From: Spirochaetia bacterium
GTDB taxonomy: Bacteria > Spirochaetota > Spirochaetia > SZUA-6 > Bin103
Length of the DNA: 64,000 nt
Assembly: GCA_965208575.1 (NCBI GenBank)
Contig: CBDBOV010000002.1
Span: forward strand, 384,001-448,000
Direction: 5' to 3'
Shown piece after piece: positions 30,538 through 39,309 of the stretch (its first letter is position 1; each line of letters starts with the position of its first letter). Below the pieces are notes generated by a model. That model was not told where the DNA came from, did no database searches, and saw only the letters and a program-made list of their open reading frames with translations. The position numbers were made by a program, and so were the translations under genes.

Positions 30538-31296
30538 TCAGAATGTACGGGCCATCCAGCGGACCTCGCCAACGATCTCAGCGGCGCTGGGCCAGGGGCG
30601 AGCCGACCAGGACGGATGGTCGCTGGTCATATGCCAGAGACCACTAGGCCCCCGACGCGCTCGCTTGACGACGATGCCTTCGTCGGTGCGGATGACGTAG
30701 ATGCTGTCATGGCGCTGACGCCGCCGTACGCGGTCAACCAGGATCGAGCAACCGTCTGGTAGAGTCGGCTCCATCGACTCGCCGGCTACGCCGATCACCA
30801 TGCACTGCCCAGGGTCGAGGGCGTGCTCGTCGAGCCACGTGCGGCGAAACGCCAGCCAGCCCTTGATGCGCTCGCCGATGATCTCGGCGCCACCTCCTGC
30901 CGTGGCTGCCACCTCGTAGATCTCGACGTATCGGGCGTGTGGAAGATCCTGCGGAGCGGCTTCGGCGGCGACGCGTTCGACGAAATGCGAAGCTGGTTTC
31001 GTATTAGAAGAGGATCGTCGCGCGCTCGCGAGCTGTGTGAGCTCGGCTGCGGGGGTGGGGTCGTCGGTAAGACCGAGCAGGTAGTCCGAAGAGACGCCAA
31101 GTGTCCTTGCGGCTGGTGCCAAACGATCTACATGTATCGCAGAGCGGTCGCACTCTATGTTGGAGATAGCCCCTTGCGAGGCGAAGTCGAGGGCTACCGC
31201 TAGATCCACCTGATCCAACCCCGCAGCCTCGCGCGCCTTCTTCAGGCGTCCGGCAATCACTTGGCCGAGCCCCGCAACCACATCGTCAATTATCAC
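30538..31296 (-). CDS. Phage repressor, XRE HTH plus S24 autopeptidase
   Basis: RLKKAREAAGLDQ..AISNIE..LGVSSDYLLG; AG cleavage site, GESMEPTL, VVKR. Confidence 0.92.
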   Translation of the reverse strand: MIIDDVVAGLGQVIAGRLKKAREAAGLDQVDLAVALDFASQGAISNIECDRSAIHVDRLAPAARTLGVSSDYLLGLTDDPTPAAELTQLASARRSSSNTKPASHFVERVAAEAAPQDLPHARYVEIYEVAATAGGGAEIIGERIKGWLAFRRTWLDEHALDPGQCMVIGVAGESMEPTLPDGCSILVDRVRRRQRHDSIYVIRTDEGIVVKRARRGPSGLWHMTSDHPSWSARPWPSAAEIVGEVRWMARTF

Positions 31297-31309
31297 ACCA
31301 AATAACGTG

Positions 31310-31366
31310 TTGACATAACACTGTCAGTGTTACATAGTCCAGACCATGGACAACACTGTCAGTGTT
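31310..31366 (+). promoter_or_regulatory. Early promoter with two palindromic operators
   Basis: TTGACA (31310)-17 nt-CATAGT; TAACACTG-T-CAGTGTTA at 31316-31332 and AACACTG-T-CAGTGTT at 31352-31366. Confidence 0.8.
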
Positions 31367-31594
31367 ATCAGGGAGCGCATCGCCCGCCAGGGAGTATCCC
31401 AAGACCGGGTGGCGCAGCTCGCCGGCTACGACCGGGCGGCACTTAGCCGGTTCCTGAGGGGCCTGCGTCGGCCGCCACAAGATTTCCACTTCGTCATGGC
31501 GGACGCGCTCGACGCGCTGGAAGCTGCGGACAGAGCCGCCGATGAGGCAAGGCGCCGCGTCCTCGCCGAGCACGGGTACGAGGTCGCGTCGTGA
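31346..31594 (+). CDS. Cro/Ner-like HTH regulator
   Basis: GVSQDRVAQLAGYDRAALSRFLRG; divergent from the repressor. Confidence 0.8.
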   Translation: MDNTVSVIRERIARQGVSQDRVAQLAGYDRAALSRFLRGLRRPPQDFHFVMADALDALEAADRAADEARRRVLAEHGYEVAS

Positions 31595-31646
31595 GCGGCC
31601 TGATAGCGAACACAGCAGGCGATGCGCCGGCAAGACAGGAAAGCCC

Positions 31647-33017
31647 GTGAGCGAGGCCGCCCCCGCCAGCCGAGGCCTCGCGGCGACCGCGGACGTCTTC
31701 GTGCCGCTATGTCAGGACGCGAAGGCAAGCGGCCTGATGCTGCACCGCAACGCAGGCGGCGGCATGAGCCTGTTCCAGCCCATGGGAGACGGCTCGGAAG
31801 TGATCGTCTCGTCTGTGCGCGCGGCGTCCGACGAGGCGATGGAGGTCGAAATTCGGATCGCGATAAGTGACTGGTTGAACTGGAGTGGAAGCGCCGGGCG
31901 AGTTCGCGTCTACCGGCTCGCCGAGCATCACGGCCTGCACTTGACCGGGGACGCCGGCCGCTACCGAGCCTCGCATCGCAAGACCGGGGCGACGGTAGTC
32001 GCGGCCACCACGCTGCCCGAGATAGCAAGACAACTACAGGAGAAAGCGATGAGCAACGAAACTGGCACGCCGGTGTCGGGCGTCCTGGCGATGCACGCCG
32101 CCGACGAGACGCCCGGCGCTCACCAGGCGAGTCAGCTCTACGACGACGGGCGCCCATACAACCGCGAGGTGCTGACCGCGGAGGTGCGGCACCACCTTGG
32201 CCAGGGCGTGCTGGCGATGCTGGAAGCGGGCAAACGCCTGATCGTGCTGAAGGAGCACGAGGAGCACGGCGCCTGGCTCCCGCTGCTGGAACGAATCGGC
32301 ATCGGACATGACACGGCCAAGCGGATGATGCGCGCCGCGCGTAAGTTCGTCGGCGGCTCAAATAGTGCACTGGTGCCCCTTTTGAGCTCCGTCACCCAGG
32401 TCTACGAGCTCGCGATGCTGGACGATGACGACCTTGCGGAGCTGCGCGAAGGCGGCACGATCGCGGGCGCGACGCTGGATGACATCCAGCGGATGAGCCC
32501 GACCGAGCTGAGAACGACGCTACGCCGGGAACGCGCCGAGCGCGCGGACCGGGAGACGGCGCAGCGCGAGCGCCTGGCGACGAAGGACCGCGAACTCGAG
32601 GAGGCGGAGACGAAGCTCGCTCAGCGGGATCGCTGGCTGGGCGACTGGCGATCGAGCCGCGTCGGCTGGGAGGATCGACAGCGGCAACTGTGGATGGACG
32701 TGGCCCGGCTGGAGCTGAACGTACGCCAGCTTGTCATGAATACCGAGAGAGCGATCGGGGAGCTGTACCGGATGGCCGAGGAGGAGGTCGCTGCCCGTGA
32801 CCCCGGCCGCGCCACCGACGCCGGCCCGGTGTCGATCACGTTGAAGATGCTGCGCGACAAGCTCGGCGACTCGGTAGTAGGCGTCCTCGGCGGTGACCTG
32901 CAAGGCCTGGAGGACGCGCTCGGCGTGCCGTTGGCCACCGAGGGCGAGCAGATGCCTCTTGACCACGCGACCGGCTCGTTGACCGGGATCGTCGAGCACG
33001 ATCCGTCGCAGGAGTAG
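31647..33017 (+). CDS. DUF3102-like early protein; probable second start at 32049
   Basis: LEAGKRLIVLKEHEEHGAW..LERIGI..DDIQRMSPTELR; RBS AGGAG before 32049. Confidence 0.7.
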   Translation: MSEAAPASRGLAATADVFVPLCQDAKASGLMLHRNAGGGMSLFQPMGDGSEVIVSSVRAASDEAMEVEIRIAISDWLNWSGSAGRVRVYRLAEHHGLHLTGDAGRYRASHRKTGATVVAATTLPEIARQLQEKAMSNETGTPVSGVLAMHAADETPGAHQASQLYDDGRPYNREVLTAEVRHHLGQGVLAMLEAGKRLIVLKEHEEHGAWLPLLERIGIGHDTAKRMMRAARKFVGGSNSALVPLLSSVTQVYELAMLDDDDLAELREGGTIAGATLDDIQRMSPTELRTTLRRERAERADRETAQRERLATKDRELEEAETKLAQRDRWLGDWRSSRVGWEDRQRQLWMDVARLELNVRQLVMNTERAIGELYRMAEEEVAARDPGRATDAGPVSITLKMLRDKLGDSVVGVLGGDLQGLEDALGVPLATEGEQMPLDHATGSLTGIVEHDPSQE

Positions 33018-33021
33018 CGCC

Positions 33022-33156
33022 GTGGATGACCTGTGGATCCAGTCGATGTTCGTGGGAGTGGCCGGCGCTTGGTTGGCCAGCGGCGATCTGCCGGTGGCGC
33101 TCGTCTTCGCCCTGGTTGTCGCGGTGAGCGTCGACGTGGGCCTCCAGGCCAACTGA
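33022..33156 (+). CDS. 44-aa membrane peptide (not in the ORF track)
   Basis: RBS GGAG; MDDLWIQSMFVGVAGAWLASGDLPVALVFALVVAVSVDVGLQAN. Confidence 0.45.
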   Translation: MDDLWIQSMFVGVAGAWLASGDLPVALVFALVVAVSVDVGLQAN

Positions 33157-33167
33157 AACGACCGGAC

Positions 33168-34859
33168 GTGCTCGAGGATCTGGCAGCGCGGATAAGCCGC
33201 GAACCATCTCGCCGTGCCGATCTCGTGCGCGAGCACGCGAGTTGCGTGGGCGCCCCGGCCTCGCGCGTGTACCGCCAACTCGCGGCGATGGGTCATGGGT
33301 CGGGGCGCCGGCGGCGCGCGGACGCGGGTGCCACCGCGGCCAGGACCGAGGACCTGGAGGTGCTGGCGTCGATGATGGCAACGGCGGTGCGGCGGACCGG
33401 CCAGGCGGTGATGTACATCCCGGACGCGCGCCAGATCCTGCAGGCGGCCGGACACGAGCTTGGCGGCCTGTCGGACGGGCAGCTCGCGCGCCTCCTGCGG
33501 TCGCAGGGGATCGACCTGGACACCCAACGGCGCGGCCAGGAGAGCCACGTGACGATCCGCACCGGCGGTCCGAACGACCTGCACCTGGTGGACCCGTCGA
33601 GCTGCCTTGTCTACTACCTGCCGCCGTCGTCGCGGACGCGCCGCCGGCAGCGGAATGTCGCCGACATCCACGGCGTGGAGCCATACAAGAACAAGCCCGG
33701 CCTGACCGGTCGCAAGGCGGATCTGCGGGTCTGGCGCTACGTCCTGGTCGACCACACGACCGGCGCGCTACGCGTCCGCTACTACCAGCAAGCGGGCGAG
33801 AACGCGGCGGCGCTGTGGGACTTCCTCTGCTACGCCTGGGACCGCCGCCACGCGTGGCATGGGCTGCCGAACTGGCTGTGGTGGGACAAGGGCAGCAACT
33901 ACGCGCCGATCCGCGCCGCCCTGGATTCGCTCGGCGTCGAGCACTACGCGCACGCGACGGGCAACAGCCGCGCGAAGGGCGCGGTCGAGCGGGCGCAACG
34001 GATTGTGGAAACGAAGTTCGAGTCGCGTCTGGCGCTGCAGCCGGTGTCCGGCGTGGAAGAGCTGAATGAGCGCGCCGAGCGGTGGTGTGACGCCTACAAC
34101 GCGAACGCGATCCCCGGCATGGACTGCCGGATGCACCGGCGCGGGATGCGGATCGTGAGGCTGGAAGCGTGGCAGCGCATCAGACCGGGTCAGCTCCGCA
34201 TGATGCCCGAAGACGGCCGCGACCTCGCGGTCTACCAGCCAGTCAAGCGCAAGGTGGCGGGCGACCTGACGATCAGCTACCGGCACCCGCGACTGAAGCA
34301 GCGCTGCTGGTACCGGGTGTCGCAGCTCGCAGGAGTCCGGGTCGGCGCGAAGGTGACGGTGCAACCGCTGCTGGTCGACGACCACGGCGCAATCCGCGTG
34401 CGTTGGAACTACCTCGACGAGGAGCAAGAGGAGCGCCTGCAGCCGATGGAGCTCGACGAGATGGGGTTGCCTGTCGATGGCCCCGCGCCGGGCGAGTTCC
34501 GGAGGCCGGAGCTGACCGAAGTCGAGCAGGCCGGCGAGCGGCTACGAGCGTTGGCCGGGCCGCGGCGGCCGGGACAGGCGGCGTTCGGCGGCAAGTACCG
34601 GGCGCTGGACGCGGCCGAGGGAGACGGGACGGTGATCCCGTTCCCGCGCCGCGGCGTGGAAGTGGAGACGAAGCCGGAGCCCGCGGGCGAGCTGCTCGGC
34701 TTGGCGGACGCGGCGCGGTACGTGCGGGCGCGACTGGGAGACGCCTGGTCACCGGACCTGCTGGCAGAAATCCGTCAGCGGTGGCCGGACGGCGCGTCCG
34801 CGGCGGCGCTGGATGGCTGGATGGCCAGCCTGAGCAATACCGAGGAGGGGACGGGATGA
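33168..34859 (+). CDS. DDE transposase A (B3-like)
   Basis: PNDLHLVDPSSCLVYYL, RVWRYVLVDHTTG, WDKGS, NSRAKGAVE..IVETKFE; start inferred. Confidence 0.9.
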   Translation: MLEDLAARISREPSRRADLVREHASCVGAPASRVYRQLAAMGHGSGRRRRADAGATAARTEDLEVLASMMATAVRRTGQAVMYIPDARQILQAAGHELGGLSDGQLARLLRSQGIDLDTQRRGQESHVTIRTGGPNDLHLVDPSSCLVYYLPPSSRTRRRQRNVADIHGVEPYKNKPGLTGRKADLRVWRYVLVDHTTGALRVRYYQQAGENAAALWDFLCYAWDRRHAWHGLPNWLWWDKGSNYAPIRAALDSLGVEHYAHATGNSRAKGAVERAQRIVETKFESRLALQPVSGVEELNERAERWCDAYNANAIPGMDCRMHRRGMRIVRLEAWQRIRPGQLRMMPEDGRDLAVYQPVKRKVAGDLTISYRHPRLKQRCWYRVSQLAGVRVGAKVTVQPLLVDDHGAIRVRWNYLDEEQEERLQPMELDEMGLPVDGPAPGEFRRPELTEVEQAGERLRALAGPRRPGQAAFGGKYRALDAAEGDGTVIPFPRRGVEVETKPEPAGELLGLADAARYVRARLGDAWSPDLLAEIRQRWPDGASAAALDGWMASLSNTEEGTG

Positions 34860-35239
34860 CCGTGACTATCGGAGAAGGACTGAATGCCTATCAGTTCGTT
34901 ATCAGGGACGGCTGCCGACGGGTTCGGCCGTCGCCGCTGGCGAAGGCGCGGCGGAATGCCCTGGCGGCGCAGATGGATGCCTCTGGCCTGGAGCTGTGGG
35001 TGGGCCGCGGGATTTTCATTCTGCAGTGGGGTTACCCGCCGGTCGAGGTGAAGACGGTACAGGAGGCGTCGGACTGGTTCCAGGGGTGGTTGCGCGGAAA
35101 CGCCCGCGCCGACGGGTATAGGGCCTTCGTCGCCTACTGCCGCTCCGTCGGGACGACGCACGACGGGCGGGCGCTGCCGGCATGGGCCGAGCTCGAGCAG
35201 CGCCAGCGAGACGGCTGGGAGGCCGCGGCGCGGGCATGA
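34856..35239 (+). CDS. Hypothetical early protein
   Basis: ATGA-coupled to the transposase; C-terminal DGRALPAWAEL..GWEAAA. Confidence 0.6.
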   Translation: MTVTIGEGLNAYQFVIRDGCRRVRPSPLAKARRNALAAQMDASGLELWVGRGIFILQWGYPPVEVKTVQEASDWFQGWLRGNARADGYRAFVAYCRSVGTTHDGRALPAWAELEQRQRDGWEAAARA

Positions 35240-35559
35240 TGGAAGACATCGGCAACGAGAAGCTCTCCCTGACCGAGCGGCTGAACCTGATCGGCACTGC
35301 CGGCCACGTGGAGAAGGTGCGCATCTGGCCGCGCGACGCGGAACGGATAGTGAGCGAGGAGCGGTGCCGCGCCTGGCTGGCCGCTCTGCCGCCCCCGCTG
35401 TTCGGGCGCATCGTGAGGGCGGCCAACCTGGCGGAACATGACGCCTTCTCGTACTTCGACGCGCACGATCCCGGCCCATCGTTCGACGACATGGTGGCTA
35501 TCGGGCTGGCGGTCAAGGTCGCGCCGCTGGAGATAGCGCTTCCGAGGGTTGCGAAGTGA
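35236..35559 (+). CDS. Hypothetical early protein
   Basis: Coupled ORF MMEDIGNEKLSL... Confidence 0.55.
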   Translation: MMEDIGNEKLSLTERLNLIGTAGHVEKVRIWPRDAERIVSEERCRAWLAALPPPLFGRIVRAANLAEHDAFSYFDAHDPGPSFDDMVAIGLAVKVAPLEIALPRVAK

Positions 35560-35756
35560 GTGCGGCGCAACGGCTCGTCACCGTCATCACGGAGGACCAT
35601 CACTCGTTTCCCTGGGACGAGACGCGGAAACCGCCCGCTTCGGCCCGCTATCTGTTTGTCCACTCTGAAGAGCAGATGGCACCGGCCCCGCCGTGTATTG
35701 AGGGCGACCCCAAGTGGATGCGCAACGACGATCGCACCTTCCGCCGCGTTCGATGA
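35556..35756 (+). CDS. Hypothetical early protein
   Basis: GTGA-coupled 66-aa ORF. Confidence 0.45.
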   Translation: MSAAQRLVTVITEDHHSFPWDETRKPPASARYLFVHSEEQMAPAPPCIEGDPKWMRNDDRTFRRVR

Positions 35757-35775
35757 TGCTGCCGAGGGTTGCGAG

Positions 35776-36030
35776 ATGAGCGCGGTGCGGTGGCCAGCGA
35801 CGGCCGAGGAGCTGAAGGATGCCGGTTACCGCGGGACCGGGCGAGGCCGCTGCAAGTCGTGCGGCCGCGCGATCATCTGGGCCAAGACGCCGCGCGGCGG
35901 CGACATGCCGATCGAGCAGCTCGCCGATGTCGAGGGCCAGCCGGACCGTTTCCAGTCGCACTTCGTGAGCTGCACGCGCGCCGAGTTTCATCGGCGCAGG
36001 AAGAAATCACTGGCAGGGAGGGGCAAGTGA
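35776..36030 (+). CDS. Small zinc-finger phage protein
   Basis: CKSCGRAIIWAKT..SHFVSC. Confidence 0.65.
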   Translation: MSAVRWPATAEELKDAGYRGTGRGRCKSCGRAIIWAKTPRGGDMPIEQLADVEGQPDRFQSHFVSCTRAEFHRRRKKSLAGRGK

Positions 36031-37097
36031 ATCGATTGAAGGGGGCCCTGGCTCGTGCCGGGCTGTCGTACGCGGCGCTGGCGTCGGAGATCGGCGTCAG
36101 CAAGTCGTCGGTCGTGGAGATAGTGCTGCGCGACCGCTTCCCGCGGGGACGGGAAGCGAAATTGCGCCGCGCCGTGGAGGTCGCGCTGAGTGAGCGCGGC
36201 GTGCACGACGATCCGTGGCCCGATGACCAGTCTACGCAACAGGAGGACGATGTAGACGTGAGGACACATTTGAGCTTGGCAGCGCGCGAGCAGTTCGGGC
36301 TGCGCGCTGATCCATGGGACGTACGGAGCGCCGCCGACGTGTGGCTCGGGCGCCGCTGGCGCTACGCCGCGCAGGCGATCGAAGACGCCGCGCAGACGGG
36401 CGGATTCCTGGCGGTGGTCGGCGAGTCGGGTTGCGGCAAGAGCACGCTGCGCCGCTACGTGCAGGACGCGCTACGCAGGCAGGAGCGTCCGGTGCGGGTG
36501 GTAGAGCCGGTGGCGATCGACAGGGGCCGGCTCACCGCGGCCTCCATCTGCGATGCGATTGTGGGAGACCTCTCGCAGGAAAGGCCACGGCTGACGCCGG
36601 AATGGAAGACCCGCCAAGTGCGGCGGATCCTCACCGAGTCGTCACGAGCCGGTTGCTCGAACGTGATGATACTCGAAGAGGCTCACGACCTGCACATCTC
36701 GACGCTGAAGTACTTGAAGCGCTTCTGGGAGCTGGAAGACGGATTCGAGCGGTTACTGGGGATCATCCTGCTGGCGCAGCCGGAAATCATGACCGTGCTA
36801 GACGAGCGTGCCTGGGCGGCACGCGAGGTGGTACGGCGGATCGAGGTGGTCGAGCTGGGCGCCCTCGATGAGGGCGATGACCTGGAGCAATTCCTGGCGG
36901 CTCGAATTGGAGACGGGGCGTTCGCGGCCGATGCGGCGGACGCCATTCGCGCGCGGCTGTCACGGCGCACGCGCGGCGCGGGGACGATGAGTACGGCGTG
37001 GCCGTTGGCGGTGGCCAACCTGGTGACCAGGTGTCTCAACCTGGCGGCCGAGCTCGGCCAGTCGCAGGTGACCGCCGACACGGTAGCCGCCGCGTAG
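36027..37097 (+). CDS. Transposition ATPase B (N-terminal HTH plus ExeA-like AAA+)
   Basis: Walker A GESGCGKST, Walker B MILEEAH, LKYLKRFWEL. Confidence 0.9.
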   Translation: MNRLKGALARAGLSYAALASEIGVSKSSVVEIVLRDRFPRGREAKLRRAVEVALSERGVHDDPWPDDQSTQQEDDVDVRTHLSLAAREQFGLRADPWDVRSAADVWLGRRWRYAAQAIEDAAQTGGFLAVVGESGCGKSTLRRYVQDALRRQERPVRVVEPVAIDRGRLTAASICDAIVGDLSQERPRLTPEWKTRQVRRILTESSRAGCSNVMILEEAHDLHISTLKYLKRFWELEDGFERLLGIILLAQPEIMTVLDERAWAAREVVRRIEVVELGALDEGDDLEQFLAARIGDGAFAADAADAIRARLSRRTRGAGTMSTAWPLAVANLVTRCLNLAAELGQSQVTADTVAAA

Positions 37098-37106
37098 GAG
37101 GAGAGC

Positions 37107-37340
37107 ATGGAAGGGAAACAAGTAGCGCGCAGGGGCTTTCCGCTCCTGACTGCCCTGGTGATCGTGCTGGCAATCCTGAAGCTGGCGGGGGTGGCGCCGT
37201 TCGCGCGGTGGTCCTGGTGGTGGGTGTTCGCGCCCTGGTGGGGTCCGTTCGCCGCGTTCGCCGGGATCCTGGTCATCATCGGAGTCGGCTGGATCGTCGC
37301 CGTCTTCGTCGACGTGCGTCCGAAGCGCAGGAGGTCATAG
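37107..37340 (+). CDS. Small phage membrane protein
   Basis: ILKLAGV..WSWWWVFAPWW motif. Confidence 0.7.
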   Translation: MEGKQVARRGFPLLTALVIVLAILKLAGVAPFARWSWWWVFAPWWGPFAAFAGILVIIGVGWIVAVFVDVRPKRRRS

Positions 37341-37960
37341 TGGTTGAGACAGCGGTACAGATTCCGCCGGGGTATATCGAGGACTCGCAGGAGCGGCTGG
37401 TGCCGCTGAAGAACGTCAAGCAGATCGACCTGGACCGCGACAAGCTGGTGCGCCAGATGATCGACCAGGCGGCGACGCTGCACGAGTCGCTGGCGCAGTT
37501 CCGGGAGCTGGCGTTCGCCAGCGTCGACGGTTTCGTGGAGCGCGCGGCGAGCGAGTACGGTACCAGCATGGCCGGCGAGCACGGCGGAGTAACGCTGTCG
37601 AGCTACGACGGCAAGCTGCGGTTGCGCGTGTCGATCGCCGAGAAGCTTGAGTTCGACGAACGGCTGCAGGTAGCGCGCAAGCTGGTGAACGCCTGCCTGC
37701 AGCGGTGGGGCAGGAACGCCAAAACTGAGATCAAGACGGTGCTCCGGGCGGCATTCGAGACGGACAAGAGGGGCCAGCTCGACGCCAGGCGGATCCTGGG
37801 CCTGCGCAAGCTGGACATCGACGACGAGGAGTGGCAGCAGGCGATGCAGGCGATCTCGGACTCGGTCCGGGTGGCCCGCAACCGCCGCTACCTGAGCTTC
37901 CAGCGCCGCGGCGAGACGGGTAAGTACGAGACGATCTCGCTGAGCCTGTCCTCGGTATGA
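37340..37960 (+). CDS. DUF3164-like protein of transposable phages
   Basis: PPGY.EDSQ.RLVP, VTLSSYDG, FDERLQVA..LV..C, AFETDKRG, W..AM.AI.DS. Confidence 0.85.
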   Translation: MVETAVQIPPGYIEDSQERLVPLKNVKQIDLDRDKLVRQMIDQAATLHESLAQFRELAFASVDGFVERAASEYGTSMAGEHGGVTLSSYDGKLRLRVSIAEKLEFDERLQVARKLVNACLQRWGRNAKTEIKTVLRAAFETDKRGQLDARRILGLRKLDIDDEEWQQAMQAISDSVRVARNRRYLSFQRRGETGKYETISLSLSSV

Positions 37961-38370
37961 CGGACCGGCGGCGCCGGCTGGCCACGATACACGCGGCGAA
38001 GCGCGATCTGGGGCTGACCGATCCCGAGTACCGCGCACTCCTGGCCTGCGCTGCAGGCGTGAGTTCTGCGGCCGACCTCGCCAACGACGCGCAGTACGGC
38101 GCGGTGATGGCGGCGTTCCGGTCCGCCGGCTGGCGCGGGCCGCGGCGCCGGCGCCTCACCGGCCAGATGGCCACCTGCTATGCGCTCTGGTGCCGGCTCC
38201 ACGAAGCCGGCGCCGTGCGCACTAGGTCCTACCGGTCGCTAATGTCCTGGATCGCCCGGCAGGTCGGGGTACAGGACGTTTATAGACAAGACCAGTTGCG
38301 TAGCTGTATAGAGCAGTTGAAGCTATGGCATCAGCGTGTGCAGTTGAAGCGGAAATCGCGGACGTCCTGA
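37957..38370 (+). CDS. gemA: GemA/gp16-like (DUF1018) protein
   Basis: LATIHAAKRDLGL.D.EYRALL..G.SSAADL; IEQLKLW. Confidence 0.8.
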   Translation: MTDRRRRLATIHAAKRDLGLTDPEYRALLACAAGVSSAADLANDAQYGAVMAAFRSAGWRGPRRRRLTGQMATCYALWCRLHEAGAVRTRSYRSLMSWIARQVGVQDVYRQDQLRSCIEQLKLWHQRVQLKRKSRTS

Positions 38371-38603
38371 CCGAGGTCCTCGGCGACGACGGACAGGCGA
38401 ATCGCGCCGCGGACGCGATCGTCGACTACTTCGCCGGCAACCAAGTGTACTTCCCCAAGCGCACCCAGCGGGACCGCGATGACCGCGACGCCAACATCGC
38501 GCGCGACGTGGAGGCGGGCGTGCCGACACCGGAGATCCTGCGCCGGTACCGGCTCAGCTACACCAACCTGAGGCGCATCCTCACGACCCGCAGCGTGTCC
38601 TGA
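38325..38603 (+). CDS. Mor/C-family transcription activator
   Basis: FAGNQVYFPK..RD..I..EILRRYRLSYTNLRRIL; follows gemA. Confidence 0.85.
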   Translation: MASACAVEAEIADVLTEVLGDDGQANRAADAIVDYFAGNQVYFPKRTQRDRDDRDANIARDVEAGVPTPEILRRYRLSYTNLRRILTTRSVS

Positions 38604-38836
38604 CTGCCCTCCAGCGATGCCGGACATGTTCCGGGTACCAGCATAGATTCGGAGACCGGTCATGACCGCTTGTGACCGGGTTCACTTGGATTCTTGAGGT
38701 TGGGCCCGCCTATCAGCCTGCACCCAAACTGTTCCACCGTAGTCAACGGGTTCGGGCGGGACTCCTGCAGCGGTACCCGTACCCGTATCAGATCCGTCCC
38801 TTGCCGCCCTCCGGCGCGGCTCCGTACCTTCCCTAC

Positions 38837-39079
38837 ATGAGCCACCAGAAAGACGATGCGATCCGAGACCTCTTGAATCGAGCGTCCTGCCGCAAGTTCG
38901 AGGCCAGGCACGGCGACGCTCCGGTCTACTCGCTCGGTGAGGACGTTCTCGATGACTACCCGGAGGGATGGCTGGAAGCGAGGCTCTTTCTAGAAGAAGA
39001 ATTCCGATCCGAGATGGAAGCGGAGTATAGGCAAGCGATGCGAGAGGCTGCCCCAGCGGCTTGGGAGTTCGGCCCGTGA
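38837..39079 (+). CDS. Hypothetical acidic protein with its own leaderless promoter
   Basis: TTGCCG (38801)-18 nt-TACCTT (38825)-6 nt-ATG. Confidence 0.5.
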   Translation: MSHQKDDAIRDLLNRASCRKFEARHGDAPVYSLGEDVLDDYPEGWLEARLFLEEEFRSEMEAEYRQAMREAAPAAWEFGP

Positions 39080-39309
39080 CGGCGGACCTTCGGAGGACCA
39101 TTCAGGCGGCGCTCAATTGCGAACGCCCGCGGCAGAACGTAACGCAGGACCCTGCCTTCTCTGCCGCCATAGACGCTCTGGTGGTTGCGACGGGAAGCCA
39201 TCGCCAGGAGATCATCTGGCGGGCGTTGCGGATGTACTTGCTCGCTTTCCTACATACCCACGAACCGGGGCTCGCTTCGAAAGAGGATTTAGCAACCAGA
39301 CGCGGCTGA
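39076..39309 (+). CDS. Ribbon-helix-helix-like protein
   Basis: QNVTQDPAFSAAIDALVVATGSHRQEIIWRALRMYL; GTGA-coupled. Confidence 0.5.
   Translation: MTADLRRTIQAALNCERPRQNVTQDPAFSAAIDALVVATGSHRQEIIWRALRMYLLAFLHTHEPGLASKEDLATRRG

Noticed and set aside
29902-30741. Possible DGR template/variable repeat pair
   Set aside because: Differences are not adenine-specific and are often synonymous; no reverse transcriptase in the window
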